A stretch of DNA of 64,000 nt from a virus. Below the pieces are notes generated by a model. The model was not told the origin of the DNA. It did not search any database and worked only from the letters and a program-made list of their open reading frames with translations. This document shows, piece after piece, positions 1 to 9,434 of this stretch. The first letter of the stretch is position 1. Each line of letters opens with the position of its first letter. A program made the position numbers and the translations under genes. The stretch spans positions 1 to 64,000 of the IMG/VR virus record IMGVR_UViG_3300010413_002950. One strand, written 5' to 3'.

Positions 1-183
1 TCAAACCCTATATTCAACATACCTTCTTAAGCATTTTTGGCACATTTTCTTACTTGGCTCAAGAACATTGCCATCTTCATCTATACACAATTGATCAAAT
101 GTTTGATCTTTATCTTGAATTTCTAAGCAAATATCCAATGATAAAATCAAATCTAATTTGTCTTTATCTACTTTCACAGTCAT
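1..183 (-). CDS. hypothetical protein with C-terminal CxxC
   Basis: 60-aa ORF tiled with neighbours; MCQKC. Confidence 0.55.
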   Translation of the reverse strand: MTVKVDKDKLDLILSLDICLEIQDKDQTFDQLCIDEDGNVLEPSKKMCQKCLRRYVEYRV

Positions 184-184
184 T

Positions 185-406
185 TCAAACCTTAATAGCC
201 AAATGTGCTAAAGATACACCGCCAGTTTTGCCAAAAACTGAAACTAAATGGCTTCCAGATGGGGTTTCCCATGCTACAGATCTAGTTTCTGTTACTCCTG
301 GCTCAAAGCTATCATCTGGAGTAAAATCTTCATTGAGAACAGGATAATAATATACTTCTTGTCCAGGCTTGTAAAGCTCATTCCACAATTTAGCTGTTAA
401 TTTCAT
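185..406 (-). CDS. hypothetical phage protein
   Basis: 73-aa ORF, ATGA-type overlap with upstream gene. Confidence 0.6.
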   Translation of the reverse strand: MKLTAKLWNELYKPGQEVYYYPVLNEDFTPDDSFEPGVTETRSVAWETPSGSHLVSVFGKTGGVSLAHLAIKV

Positions 407-636
407 AACGCTCTTACCAATTCCCTTTCATTTTCTATGGCTATCATCCAATCTCTTACTTGCTCAAAAGCCTTAGCTGCAGCTTTAGGTGGATTGCCAT
501 ATTTTAGCATTTGCCTAATTTCTTCTTCAAGATCTCTCCAAGCTAAAGCATAATCTATGGATTTAGTGGCTATTTGGAAAGAATTCTCACCTTCTGGAGA
601 ATCTAGATCAAATACTAGAATTCCTTGCCTAAACAT
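403..636 (-). CDS. hypothetical protein
   Basis: 77-aa ORF, start overlaps upstream stop. Confidence 0.6.
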   Translation of the reverse strand: MFRQGILVFDLDSPEGENSFQIATKSIDYALAWRDLEEEIRQMLKYGNPPKAAAKAFEQVRDWMIAIENERELVRAL

Positions 637-866
637 TATTCCTCAATCTTCCTGGTTGAAAACCTAGTAACTATGTATGCTATAGCCATAAAGCCATTTC
701 CGCAAGCTTCACACTCTAGATAAGCTTTAGAGCCGTCAGCTTGTAGATCTGGCTCATTGTACCAATCTACATAAGAAGCGCCACAGTAAGGGCACCTCGG
801 CTCTTCAGTGTATGATTCTAGGCTAAGCTTCTGATCCGGATTTATCATCTGGTAAATTCCAATCAT
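636..866 (-). CDS. small zinc-ribbon protein
   Basis: CPYC...CEAC pairs; start uncertain. Confidence 0.6.
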   Translation of the reverse strand: MIGIYQMINPDQKLSLESYTEEPRCPYCGASYVDWYNEPDLQADGSKAYLECEACGNGFMAIAYIVTRFSTRKIEE

Positions 867-1254
867 ATGTTATACTGTAAAGTGGATATGGATTCCTTAG
901 CTTTATTGGTCCTGGATAATATCGGCGTCCACGAATCTTATATTCTTGCGGATACATCGATTTTGACATTTTTTCTATTGTTGCCTTTTTAGCTAAATCT
1001 ACAATTTCCTGTATCCATTCATCATCAATTTTTGGTTGTGGCGAGGAAGATTTGGTTACATAGGTTCCAGCCATTATCCTATTCAATTCTGACTTTTCCT
1101 CTTTTTCCAAATTCTCATGAATTTCTTGCTCTACATCGGCTACAAGCTGCTCATGATCTGAAGATGCCCATTCCTTATCAACAATTAGCTTAATCTCGTG
1201 TCTAAGAGCCTCTTTTGACAAATACTTAATTTCATCGCTATGAGAAACAAGCAT
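823..1254 (-). CDS. hypothetical protein
   Basis: ORF 823..1323; start moved to ATG at 1254 just after the upstream TGA. Confidence 0.55.
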   Translation of the reverse strand: MLVSHSDEIKYLSKEALRHEIKLIVDKEWASSDHEQLVADVEQEIHENLEKEEKSELNRIMAGTYVTKSSSPQPKIDDEWIQEIVDLAKKATIEKMSKSMYPQEYKIRGRRYYPGPIKLRNPYPLYSITYDWNLPDDKSGSEA

Positions 1255-1255
1255 T

Positions 1256-1633
1256 TCATTCGCTATTATCATTGCCACTTTCATCAGCTTCATCCTTTCT
1301 AATGTTATTATTGAGCAATTCAACTATAGATTCAAGTAAATTAATTGTGCGATCTTCATTTTCTTCTTCTGCTTCTTCCTCATTTTCCATTTCTTCTTCT
1401 GCTTCTCTTGCTCTTCTAAATTCCTCAATTCCATATTCTCGATTCATATGCTCACTACAAAATAGATCTTCTCGCATATTGGCTATTTCTGATTTGCTAC
1501 CCGGATCTCCATAGCAACAATCCGCATACCAGAAATATTTCTTCTTGCCAGCTACTTGCTCTACTTGCTTATGCTTACGATCTAGATCCCACCAATAGCA
1601 ATTGCTACATGCTTCTCCAGATGGACCGGGCAT
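1256..1633 (-). CDS. hypothetical Cys-containing protein with acidic C-terminal tract
   Basis: CSNC..CC..CSEH motif; Glu-rich segment. Confidence 0.6.
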   Translation of the reverse strand: MPGPSGEACSNCYWWDLDRKHKQVEQVAGKKKYFWYADCCYGDPGSKSEIANMREDLFCSEHMNREYGIEEFRRAREAEEEMENEEEAEEENEDRTINLLESIVELLNNNIRKDEADESGNDNSE

Positions 1634-1634
1634 T

Positions 1635-2627
1635 TTACTTCTTGCCCCTAATGAATGGTTGCTTTATATGCAATAGCGATTTGCCATTAACAATTGCTAT
1701 GTTGGAAGAACTAAACCATTTAGATTTTTTGTCTTCAAATTGCAAATTGTAGCCATGAGTATGATCTGTTGGCTTCTCGTGATTGTAATATTGTTGCAAT
1801 ATACATAAACAGCCAGGACATGAAGCCTTTAAAGCTGAATCTCTAGCAGTTCTAATCGTGTGTGATTGCGCTCTATGGTTATGTCCATGTACAACATTCA
1901 TAGCCAAATCTGTAAGGTGCTTATGGCTAACGTACTTTCCACTTGCATAACCATGTAAAAAGCCACATTTACCAAGGACAATAATACCTGGCTTATGCAA
2001 TCCCATATGACACTTGTTATTCTCAAAATACTCTATACCTCTTTTATCAAGATGAAGTGCATTTCTAACACCAAAAGCATTAACTGCTAATTCTGCTAGA
2101 TACTTCTCATCAAAAGTAGCCACAGCCCATTTGTCAACTCTATATTCGTGGTTTCCCTGAAGATAGTAGATCTTAGCATTTGGCGCTACATTCTGAAGGC
2201 AATCAAGAAAATCGTTACCAGCTGCTATATCGTTCTCAAAATTGTAGCTATACTCACTAACATGAACCCTATGCCATCTGCTAAAAGTGCCAGAGCAATT
2301 GATCATATCGCCCAATAGCACTATCTCATCTGGATTAAGCAATTCAACATCTGATAGAAAGCTATTTCTTGCTTCAATATCCTGATCCACCCCATGTAGA
2401 TCGCCAACAGCTATCCTTGTAAGAAACTTGGTTATGTTTTTGCGCTTCTTGGATACACCAATTGGCTTATAAGAAGAAGACCATAGCTGTCCAGATTTCT
2501 CTAATGCTTTTTCAAGACTTCTAATTAGCTTTTTAGCTTTCGATAAATCTGATTTTGTTCTCTTTAGCTCGTATCCGTATTGCTCATCAAATAGCGAATC
2601 AATTATTGCTTGGTTCTTTTTATTCAT
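1635..2627 (-). CDS. calcineurin-like metallophosphoesterase
   Basis: GDLHG, LGDMIN, GNHE, HG and HGHNH motifs in canonical order. Confidence 0.9.
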   Translation of the reverse strand: MNKKNQAIIDSLFDEQYGYELKRTKSDLSKAKKLIRSLEKALEKSGQLWSSSYKPIGVSKKRKNITKFLTRIAVGDLHGVDQDIEARNSFLSDVELLNPDEIVLLGDMINCSGTFSRWHRVHVSEYSYNFENDIAAGNDFLDCLQNVAPNAKIYYLQGNHEYRVDKWAVATFDEKYLAELAVNAFGVRNALHLDKRGIEYFENNKCHMGLHKPGIIVLGKCGFLHGYASGKYVSHKHLTDLAMNVVHGHNHRAQSHTIRTARDSALKASCPGCLCILQQYYNHEKPTDHTHGYNLQFEDKKSKWFSSSNIAIVNGKSLLHIKQPFIRGKK

Positions 2628-2871
2628 GAGCCCAGCTTCTTCTCCCCAATTGCTGTACTATCTTCTCCACTTGTGGTCTTGTTATGTTGTATTTTAGCTC
2701 CTTCCTAACGAATTCAACCGTTCTTTTCATAGATACCCTTCTATGTGAACCAGCTGTAAATTCGTCATTGCGCCTTATAATTTCAGATATGGCATCAACA
2801 ATTTCTTGAGGAATTACTTCTTCTGGTTTTACTCTTTCCTCAAACAATAGATCAATTGCGTTTTTGCCCAT
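2620..2871 (-). CDS. hypothetical protein
   Basis: 83-aa ORF with AGGAG SD. Confidence 0.6.
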   Translation of the reverse strand: MGKNAIDLLFEERVKPEEVIPQEIVDAISEIIRRNDEFTAGSHRRVSMKRTVEFVRKELKYNITRPQVEKIVQQLGRRSWAHE

Positions 2872-2894
2872 TTCTACTCCTTACTGCATAAAGC

Positions 2895-3131
2895 TCAAAA
2901 TGGATATTCGTTTATGCTTGCCATTTTTTCAAAAAAGTCTTTTAGTTCTAAAATTATTTGATCTACAAATTTCTCTCTGTTTTCTGCACTCCAATCTTCT
3001 ATATATTTGACAACATATTCTCTTAGTTCTTCATCAGACAATTCTATCACATCTTCTCTATGCCCAATGGCAATTTCGAGACTTACCTTAACTGCTGCTC
3101 TATTTCCCGTTACTGACATCTTTTTCCTCAA
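2895..3131 (-). CDS. hypothetical protein
   Basis: 78-aa ORF; start may be internal Met. Confidence 0.5.
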   Translation of the reverse strand: MRKKMSVTGNRAAVKVSLEIAIGHREDVIELSDEELREYVVKYIEDWSAENREKFVDQIILELKDFFEKMASINEYPF

Positions 3132-3582
3132 ATAGGTTTACAGAATTAAGAAAGATAGATACAAGCTGTGGTGTCATATTGAAACGACCAGAATTTATTA
3201 TAATACTTTTGATAAGATCTCCATCATCATGTCTTAGAGTAGCTGCTTTCCAATCGCAAAACATCTCTATAAGATCTACCAAATTCATGCCATCAATACC
3301 ATTAGTAAAATGCTCTGGATGGTGTCTATTATGCTTATAATGATGAATAAGCGTGCTTTCTAGCTTCTTAAGCAATTGCTTATATTCATCGCTACCATAG
3401 GTTGTTGAAGCTAAACAGCTAGTGAAATTTGCAAATCCTTCACTTTCAGGATATTCCAATTTGGTTCTATCATGATAGATAGAACGATCATAAAGTTTTT
3501 TAGCAAATAGTGATAAAAATTCCCCAACTTTACAAATATGCTTAACCGTTTCTCTTATCGCTACAGTTTCTTTACTTGCCAT
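3100..3582 (-). CDS. HD-superfamily protein (DUF5662-like), copy 1
   Basis: HDRTK, HHYKHNRHHPEH, EMFCDW motifs; start set by SD spacing. Confidence 0.8.
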   Translation of the reverse strand: MASKETVAIRETVKHICKVGEFLSLFAKKLYDRSIYHDRTKLEYPESEGFANFTSCLASTTYGSDEYKQLLKKLESTLIHHYKHNRHHPEHFTNGIDGMNLVDLIEMFCDWKAATLRHDDGDLIKSIIINSGRFNMTPQLVSIFLNSVNLFEEKDVSNGK

Positions 3583-3946
3583 CTTCATACCCCTTGAGAT
3601 CTCTCTCGACAATTGTCTCTATCTCTTTTATAGCCGAAGTTGACAATTTATCAAGGCTATCTGCTATTTTGAATATGAAGAATAATTCATCTTCTGTTTT
3701 TCTTTTTATCTTTATCCATCCCAACTCTCTTATGGCTGCCCTTATAAGCTTTTCAGAATCAGCGTGTAGCATTTCAGCACATTTCTTTACATCGTCGATA
3801 CGAACTAACGTTCTATTACCATTTTCTATATCACAGATATCTATCACTGTCCGGTCAAGTAAGATAGCTACATCCTTAAGCTTCTTACCTGAAGCAATTC
3901 TTGCTTCTCTAAGTAAATGTCCAAAGGATTTCATTTCAGCTACCAA
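3572..3946 (-). CDS. XRE-family helix-turn-helix regulator
   Basis: FGHLLREARIASGKKLKDVA...ICDIENG pattern. Confidence 0.8.
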   Translation of the reverse strand: MVAEMKSFGHLLREARIASGKKLKDVAILLDRTVIDICDIENGNRTLVRIDDVKKCAEMLHADSEKLIRAAIRELGWIKIKRKTEDELFFIFKIADSLDKLSTSAIKEIETIVERDLKGYEDGK

Positions 3947-3965
3947 TTTACACCCATACTGTATT

Positions 3966-4214
3966 TCAATTCTTTCGTTCAGGAATAGGCTTTTTGAGCC
4001 AAGGAACGGAGCGTGGTTTGTGGACGTGTTCTACTATACCTACGCGCTTCGGATTCCGTAGACACCACGAATTGTCTATTTCTAGAGATCTATATGGCAT
4101 CCAGGCATATAGCGGACAGGTTACAATCTCACAATCCACCATCCCATTAGCATAATAGCCCATACACTCATGACACTTTGCTTTTATTGCATTACCTGGA
4201 GTAGCTTTCTTCAT
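3966..4214 (-). CDS. small Cys-rich phage protein
   Basis: AIKAKCHEC...C...CPLY motif; ATGA overlap with tmk stop. Confidence 0.65.
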   Translation of the reverse strand: MKKATPGNAIKAKCHECMGYYANGMVDCEIVTCPLYAWMPYRSLEIDNSWCLRNPKRVGIVEHVHKPRSVPWLKKPIPERKN

Positions 4215-4846
4215 TTTTTCTCCAAAAAAATACAAATATGCTGTAAAATTTCAACAGTAACGGATTCAACATTCTGGCTACCATCAATATGAACGATCCT
4301 CTCAGCAGGAAAATACTGTTCAATATTGGCATAGAATTTGCTTAGCTTCTTCTGAAAAACCAAATTCTCGTATACATCCTTTGGTTTTTTTCTACCCATC
4401 ATTCTTTGAGCAGCTACTTCTGGATCAATATCAAGAACAAATGTGATATCTGGCACTATCGAAAAATACCCAACCTCCTTTATCCATGGTATCCAATCAT
4501 ATGATTCAGGAAAATTTATAGATAATGACTGATAAGCTAAAGTTGAATGATAATAGCGATCGCAAATAACATGATAGCCACCAATCAAATTTGGCTCTAT
4601 TTCTGTTTCAAGGTGAACTAGTCGATCTGCAGAAAACAATAGCGTCATTGCCATCCAAGATGGTTTTTCAGTTCCATCGCCTCTAATGATTTCTCTGATC
4701 ATCCTTCCAATTCTACCATCCGTAGGCTCAAATGTCTGAAACACCTTATGATTATCTAATCGCAATTGTTTAGTAACCAATTGAGCTTGGGTTGAAGTTC
4801 CAGCTCCATCTATACCTTCTAATACTATAAATAATCCTCTTTTCAT
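4211..4846 (-). CDS. tmk: thymidylate kinase
   Basis: EGIDGAGTST P-loop, FEP, LFSADR, CDRY..S.LAYQ, PD motifs. Confidence 0.93.
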   Translation of the reverse strand: MKRGLFIVLEGIDGAGTSTQAQLVTKQLRLDNHKVFQTFEPTDGRIGRMIREIIRGDGTEKPSWMAMTLLFSADRLVHLETEIEPNLIGGYHVICDRYYHSTLAYQSLSINFPESYDWIPWIKEVGYFSIVPDITFVLDIDPEVAAQRMMGRKKPKDVYENLVFQKKLSKFYANIEQYFPAERIVHIDGSQNVESVTVEILQHICIFLEKK

Positions 4847-4848
4847 TT

Positions 4849-5247
4849 TTACTCCAGCCATGATTCAAAATTATTAATCTGATCAACCGTTGGATGCTTT
4901 TTGCCATCAAAACAAATGCAACGATCATCAATAGATACAAAGGCTACAGGCTTAGTAAACGGAAATTCGATCTTCTCAAGCTCTTTCTCTGTCATGCCAT
5001 TAGCTAATAGCCATTGCCTCATAGCTATATGCCCATCCTTGTATTTAGATCTATAGCTATAGATCTTTACTGTTAAATTCTTACTAGCCACTAGCTCTTT
5101 TAGCCAATCGATAGCTCCAGCTACAGCAGGACCAGTTACTTTGTTATGGCCTTGCCATTCATTCTTCGTATAATCATGTAATACTCCATCGAAATCAACA
5201 CACACAACCTTAATACAATCATCTTTCCAATTATAATTACCAACCAC
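4849..5247 (-). CDS. HAD-superfamily phosphatase (nucleotidase/PNK-phosphatase-like)
   Basis: DFDGVL motif I, KP...IDDR motif IV. Confidence 0.85.
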   Translation of the reverse strand: MVGNYNWKDDCIKVVCVDFDGVLHDYTKNEWQGHNKVTGPAVAGAIDWLKELVASKNLTVKIYSYRSKYKDGHIAMRQWLLANGMTEKELEKIEFPFTKPVAFVSIDDRCICFDGKKHPTVDQINNFESWLE

Positions 5248-5248
5248 A

Positions 5249-5461
5249 CTAACCTCCTAGCTTATTCAAAAAATATGAAGATATAAAAAACAAAATTATC
5301 ATTCCAACTATCAGCTTTATCATGAAGATAGCAAAATTCAACATGATACCGGGTATCAAAAAACAGAGGGCTAAAAATGTTAGTATAGCCATTATAGCTG
5401 TAGCCTTAGCTGTTAAGTTATTTCCGTAGATCTGCATTTTTCCAATTCTCCCAACATTCAT
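5249..5461 (-). CDS. small membrane protein
   Basis: long hydrophobic stretch (about 2 TM). Confidence 0.55.
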   Translation of the reverse strand: MNVGRIGKMQIYGNNLTAKATAIMAILTFLALCFLIPGIMLNFAIFMIKLIVGMIILFFISSYFLNKLGG

Positions 5462-5714
5462 CGCACACTATAGAAGATATCGGTCCCGTGCAACTTGGAT
5501 CATGATATTCAATTGGTGGACAAATCTCATACTCTTTAGCCTCATCGCATACCCATTTTAGCTTATCCATCATAATTTGCAAATTGCCAATTAGCCACCA
5601 TGCTTCATAAGCGCTTAACCGCTGTGGCTCAGGAAAGTCATGAATAGCCTGTGTCTTAAGCTTATGAATGATTTTCTCTAGCGTATTGCTAAAAGTTGGG
5701 GACGATTTTTCCAT
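5418..5714 (-). CDS. hypothetical Cys-containing protein
   Basis: 98-aa ORF, C-terminal CDEC. Confidence 0.5.
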   Translation of the reverse strand: MEKSSPTFSNTLEKIIHKLKTQAIHDFPEPQRLSAYEAWWLIGNLQIMMDKLKWVCDEAKEYEICPPIEYHDPSCTGPISSIVCDECWENWKNADLRK

Positions 5715-5934
5715 TATTGCTCCTATATCCAGATACTATTTCTCTAATAAGAATCTCATCTCTGCAAACTATAGATTCAACTTCTTCTTCTGTAATACTG
5801 CAATCTTCACAAGTATGTTGCCCCGTTATAACCACGCCACCATAACTTGCTATATAGCTAATACTTATAGGAATTTTTCGCTTATGCTTATTGCTATATA
5901 GCTCAATTGTTTTTCTCATTTCAATACCTTTCAT
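5689..5934 (-). CDS. hypothetical protein
   Basis: ORF with CEDC; TGATG coupling at 5934. Confidence 0.5.
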   Translation of the reverse strand: MKGIEMRKTIELYSNKHKRKIPISISYIASYGGVVITGQHTCEDCSITEEEVESIVCRDEILIREIVSGYRSNNGKIVPNF

Positions 5935-6026
5935 CACTCATGGTTCATTAGCCAATACATTAGATAGAATCCTGCAGATACAGTAAGGACAAAGGCTAAA
6001 TAAGCCCAAAACAAATAGCTAAACAT
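5934..6026 (-). CDS. 30-aa single-TM microprotein (not in ORF track)
   Basis: MFSYLFWAYLAFVLTVSAGFYLMYWLMNHE; GGAG SD; stop overlaps next start. Confidence 0.5.
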   Translation of the reverse strand: MFSYLFWAYLAFVLTVSAGFYLMYWLMNHE

Positions 6027-6037
6027 TTTCTCTCCAA

Positions 6038-6211
6038 TCAATATGATACTCCACCAGATTTCTCTGAAGTTGGTTTCTCTATAGGCTCATCTGTAAAATT
6101 GCTACAGCTATTATTTTTATCAAATGCCACTATTCTTATTCCTCTAAGGCCACATTTCTGATTTGTGCATTTTTCGCAAAGTGTTTTCTTGTAGTATACA
6201 TCATCGTACAT
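6038..6211 (-). CDS. 57-aa Cys-rich protein (not in ORF track)
   Basis: MYDDVYYKKTLCEKCTNQKC...C; TGATG coupling with upstream gene. Confidence 0.55.
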   Translation of the reverse strand: MYDDVYYKKTLCEKCTNQKCGLRGIRIVAFDKNNSCSNFTDEPIEKPTSEKSGGVSY

Positions 6212-6588
6212 CATTTAGCAAATCTACCATTGTCAAAAAGATAGACGGGTTTCTCTAGCTTTTGCATTTCTTCTATCATATTCTTAGTTCCCTTACTTTT
6301 GCCGTCCCAAATTGCTATTAGCACATCAGCATATTCAGCCATTTGCTGATTCCTGATTCGTCCAGCTCTATTGCCAAATAACAGCCAATCTTCATTGGTA
6401 AGATAGAATGGCTTGATCGGCACTCCATAGCTTTTAGCCCATTTCTCACCTAGCTTATCAACGCCGATAGCTCCACCGCTAACAACTTCGGTGATATCTA
6501 CCCTATAGTATTTTATAGCCCTGCCTATCAGCTTCTTTACAAGAAGATAATCATTTATAGTTCTAGATCCGGCTATTATTGTTTTCAT
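6211..6588 (-). CDS. SLOG-family (YspA/DUF2493-like) nucleotide-binding protein
   Basis: IIAGSR, VSGGAIGVD, AGRIRNQQM, WDGKSKGT..M motifs. Confidence 0.85.
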   Translation of the reverse strand: MKTIIAGSRTINDYLLVKKLIGRAIKYYRVDITEVVSGGAIGVDKLGEKWAKSYGVPIKPFYLTNEDWLLFGNRAGRIRNQQMAEYADVLIAIWDGKSKGTKNMIEEMQKLEKPVYLFDNGRFAK

Positions 6589-6953
6589 TTGCCCTCTGTA
6601 AAATGCTCAATTACTTTATCTAGCCTTTTAGTAAATTCTTCAACAGCTTTATCAGCATTTTTAGCCGTAACAAGTTTGGCTCCTTCTTGTATCATGTAAG
6701 CCTTAACTATATCGTCTCTTGTTAGGACTAGAGAACACAATACAGACATAAAAACTGCTACAATTACACAATTCTTAACTAAATTAGCGAGTTTTCTTAC
6801 ATTTGTTCTAAATTCTTCATTTACATCTTTATCGAAAGATATGCAAAATAGTATTACAGCAACAATGCCAAATATAATTGCTGAAGTAATAGCTGAGACA
6901 AACAGGTCACTTATGTTGTCAATTATTGATAACAGATATAATTCTAAATTCAT
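6585..6953 (-). CDS. two-TM membrane protein
   Basis: two hydrophobic segments; AAAGGA SD. Confidence 0.65.
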   Translation of the reverse strand: MNLELYLLSIIDNISDLFVSAITSAIIFGIVAVILFCISFDKDVNEEFRTNVRKLANLVKNCVIVAVFMSVLCSLVLTRDDIVKAYMIQEGAKLVTAKNADKAVEEFTKRLDKVIEHFTEGK

Positions 6954-6959
6954 AGCAAA

Positions 6960-6987
6960 TCCTTTCGGAGCCCCGTATCGTGGGGCT
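6960..6987 (-). promoter_or_regulatory. tandem hairpins overlapping an RBS
   Basis: AGCCCC-ACGATAC-GGGGCT followed by TCC-GAAA-GGA, which contains the SD of the 6953 gene. Confidence 0.4.
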
Positions 6988-7146
6988 GACGGTGATGAAA
7001 AAGCAGTTCGACCAATATATTGTGTTATGTCTAGTGAATATTTAGGCTATCGCTCCTTGCATATGGTAATGAAAAAAAACATAGATCTGAATCATCACGT
7101 TCAGTTCAGCTAACACATTGCACCATTGCACCATGCTAGATGAAAT

Positions 7147-8109
7147 TTATGGCAAATAACCTTTCTCAAAATCATGAAGTAAATACTCTATATCTTCAAC
7201 AATATAATTTGGAAATTTCCATTCTTCAATTTTCTTCTTAGTTAATAGCTCTTCTAGTTGTGGGATAATTAGTAGATCTCTAGCTTGCTCACTAGTTAGC
7301 GATCTCTTCAAGATGGTTTCTTCATCGAAATTATCGAAAAAGCTTTTGATTCCATTTTCTTTATCGCCACCAACTGACACAAAATCCTGGCCGTAGATAT
7401 GCAATGAACCAGAATAATCAGCGTAACTGCCAACACGCCTCTTCTTGCTATCGATGTTGTAAAGCCATTGTGCAATTTTCTTTTGCAAAAAAGTCATAGC
7501 TATTACGTTATCACACCATGCTTTATATAAATCTCTAGATCTCCAGAATGAATTCATATTGAGATACTGCTGATTTCCATCTTCAAGACACCTAAGCTGA
7601 ATTTCCCGTAAGCATGGTATATCTTCTTTAAGATAGCAATCCACATTAGGCATAGCAGTTGTAGCTACAGCTCTTCTAGAATGTGGCGTTTCAGAAATTC
7701 TCTGCATTGCCATAAACATTTGGTTAACACCCGTATTGTTTTTCGGATAGCTAAATAGCCTTTGGTGATAAGTATAGGGCCATTCTCTAGCTGTTAGATC
7801 CTTATCCATTAGCCTTTCTACGGGAACTACAAAATGATCCTTAATTCCTAGCATTTCAGCTATGTAAACACCAATCTCGCAAAATGAAACAGGTGGGAAT
7901 CTAGGCTCATTAAGTGGATCTGTTATCTCTATTAGTACCCTGGCATCCCTACTTGGAGGATCAATATAATTACCATCAGAATCTTTACGATCATACTCTG
8001 TTCTTATCTCTACGCCATTTTCCCAAACGGCTTTCATAGCTCTATAATAAGCTAATGGTATACAATCTGCAACCACATGTAATGTTGGGATTCTAGTATT
8101 ATTTTTCAT
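7147..8109 (-). CDS. thyA: thymidylate synthase-superfamily protein (divergent, archaeal-like ThyA or dUMP-modifying enzyme)
   Basis: YTYHQRL, SRRA, PCL, RSRDLYKAWCDN, SLHIY motifs; Asn at the dUMP-specificity position. Confidence 0.8.
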   Translation of the reverse strand: MKNNTRIPTLHVVADCIPLAYYRAMKAVWENGVEIRTEYDRKDSDGNYIDPPSRDARVLIEITDPLNEPRFPPVSFCEIGVYIAEMLGIKDHFVVPVERLMDKDLTAREWPYTYHQRLFSYPKNNTGVNQMFMAMQRISETPHSRRAVATTAMPNVDCYLKEDIPCLREIQLRCLEDGNQQYLNMNSFWRSRDLYKAWCDNVIAMTFLQKKIAQWLYNIDSKKRRVGSYADYSGSLHIYGQDFVSVGGDKENGIKSFFDNFDEETILKRSLTSEQARDLLIIPQLEELLTKKKIEEWKFPNYIVEDIEYLLHDFEKGYLP

Positions 8110-8311
8110 CTTTCTTCCTTTTAGCTGGAACTGTTGAAATTGAACATCTATGGATTCTTACTTCTGGCAAATTAGCTTTAGCTGGTGGCACCATGCAAGG
8201 AGTTATTATATCCTCTACTTCGTAAGCTTCATAAACATAATTTGGCAATATCCTTGGAGCATGACATAGTATTTCCCAGATATCCAATTCCTTCATGACA
8301 TATACTAGCAT
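8099..8311 (-). CDS. hypothetical protein
   Basis: 70-aa tiled ORF. Confidence 0.5.
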   Translation of the reverse strand: MLVYVMKELDIWEILCHAPRILPNYVYEAYEVEDIITPCMVPPAKANLPEVRIHRCSISTVPAKRKKDEK

Positions 8312-8314
8312 ATA

Positions 8315-8590
8315 CTACACTGGATCTTCAAGCTGTTTTTGCAACAATTTTTCACTTTCTTTTCTTCTCTTAGCTGGCTGCATACCTTTATGCAAATAGC
8401 AATACTTTCTATTAGATCCAGAAACAAGTGTTTCATTACAGCCATCAACACCACATTTAATAGTTTTAGCTTTTTGTTCTAATCGTTTCTTCTTTCTTCT
8501 GCAATCTTTACAAGTCGGAAATCTAGCTTTACTTTTCTCTATCCAAGTATTACAAACTATACAAACATGCATCTCCTTATCTTCTATCAT
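8315..8590 (-). CDS. basic double zinc-finger protein
   Basis: CIVC..CKDC and CGVDGC..CYLH. Confidence 0.6.
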   Translation of the reverse strand: MIEDKEMHVCIVCNTWIEKSKARFPTCKDCRRKKKRLEQKAKTIKCGVDGCNETLVSGSNRKYCYLHKGMQPAKRRKESEKLLQKQLEDPV

Positions 8591-8865
8591 TTCACATTCC
8601 TATAGATTTTTCTGCCCTTATATGATTTCCGCTTCTTTCTTCCTGGCATTGACCAATCTAGCATTAGCTTACCGCTACCAGCTCTTCTTTTTATATTGGC
8701 TGGAATTTTATAGCCAGATTGCATTTTCTTCTTAAAAGCGTATCTATCTTTAGCATTCAGCGATACCCAATAGCGCTTTAGCCATTTGTAAACAGCTTTC
8801 ATAGAATGATCTGGTATGAACTTATCTACGTACTTCTTAATCACTTTTGCATTTGTTGTGTTCAT
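8587..8865 (-). CDS. basic hypothetical protein
   Basis: 92-aa K/R-rich ORF, ATGA overlaps. Confidence 0.55.
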   Translation of the reverse strand: MNTTNAKVIKKYVDKFIPDHSMKAVYKWLKRYWVSLNAKDRYAFKKKMQSGYKIPANIKRRAGSGKLMLDWSMPGRKKRKSYKGRKIYRNVK

Positions 8866-9434
8866 ACTTCCCTCAATACATCTCTAATATCTCTACCATC
8901 AATCTCATAGCCCACAGCATCCCAGCCATCAGCAACTTCTCTTGCAAATAGCTCTAGCTTATCCTGAGAAGGAAACATATTAGTAATTCTATCTCTAATT
9001 TCTACTGGCTTAGCTGAATGCTCTCCCCTCAATTCTGAATAGAACTGTCTCTCATTTCTAGAACCACGTGGCGTAGGAATCTTTCCGCGTTTTGCTACAT
9101 AGCAGGTTTCGATCTGTGATAGCGTATAATATCCAGGATTCGTTCTCTGCTTATCCCACTGGAAAGCATCACGCTTATACTCAAAGCCCCAAGCTTTTAT
9201 CACATCTAGCCCATCTAACAATATAGGACCAGGTATCCAGATAAACAGCAAAGCATTCTCCTTGCTAATTTGCTGTATTGGCAAATCAGCTATTTCTTTT
9301 TTGGTCATTGTTAGATAATGCTTAATTGCTCCACCAGTATCTACACCTACATCTCCAGCAAATCCAAATTGCTTTCTCCCTCGGTAAAACCAAGGAGGAT
9401 CTGCGTAGATAATATCATATTTTTTCAAATCCAT
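8862..9434 (-). CDS. MT-A70-family N6-adenine DNA methyltransferase
   Basis: YDIIYADPPW, AWGFEY, HSAKP, LELFAR motifs. Confidence 0.92.
   Translation of the reverse strand: MDLKKYDIIYADPPWFYRGRKQFGFAGDVGVDTGGAIKHYLTMTKKEIADLPIQQISKENALLFIWIPGPILLDGLDVIKAWGFEYKRDAFQWDKQRTNPGYYTLSQIETCYVAKRGKIPTPRGSRNERQFYSELRGEHSAKPVEIRDRITNMFPSQDKLELFAREVADGWDAVGYEIDGRDIRDVLREV

Noticed and set aside
6995-7145. CRISPR-like spacing of ATGAAA words, or a hammerhead-like core
   Set aside because: Shared word is only about 6-8 nt, no cas genes, and no complete CUGANGA/GAAA three-stem core.
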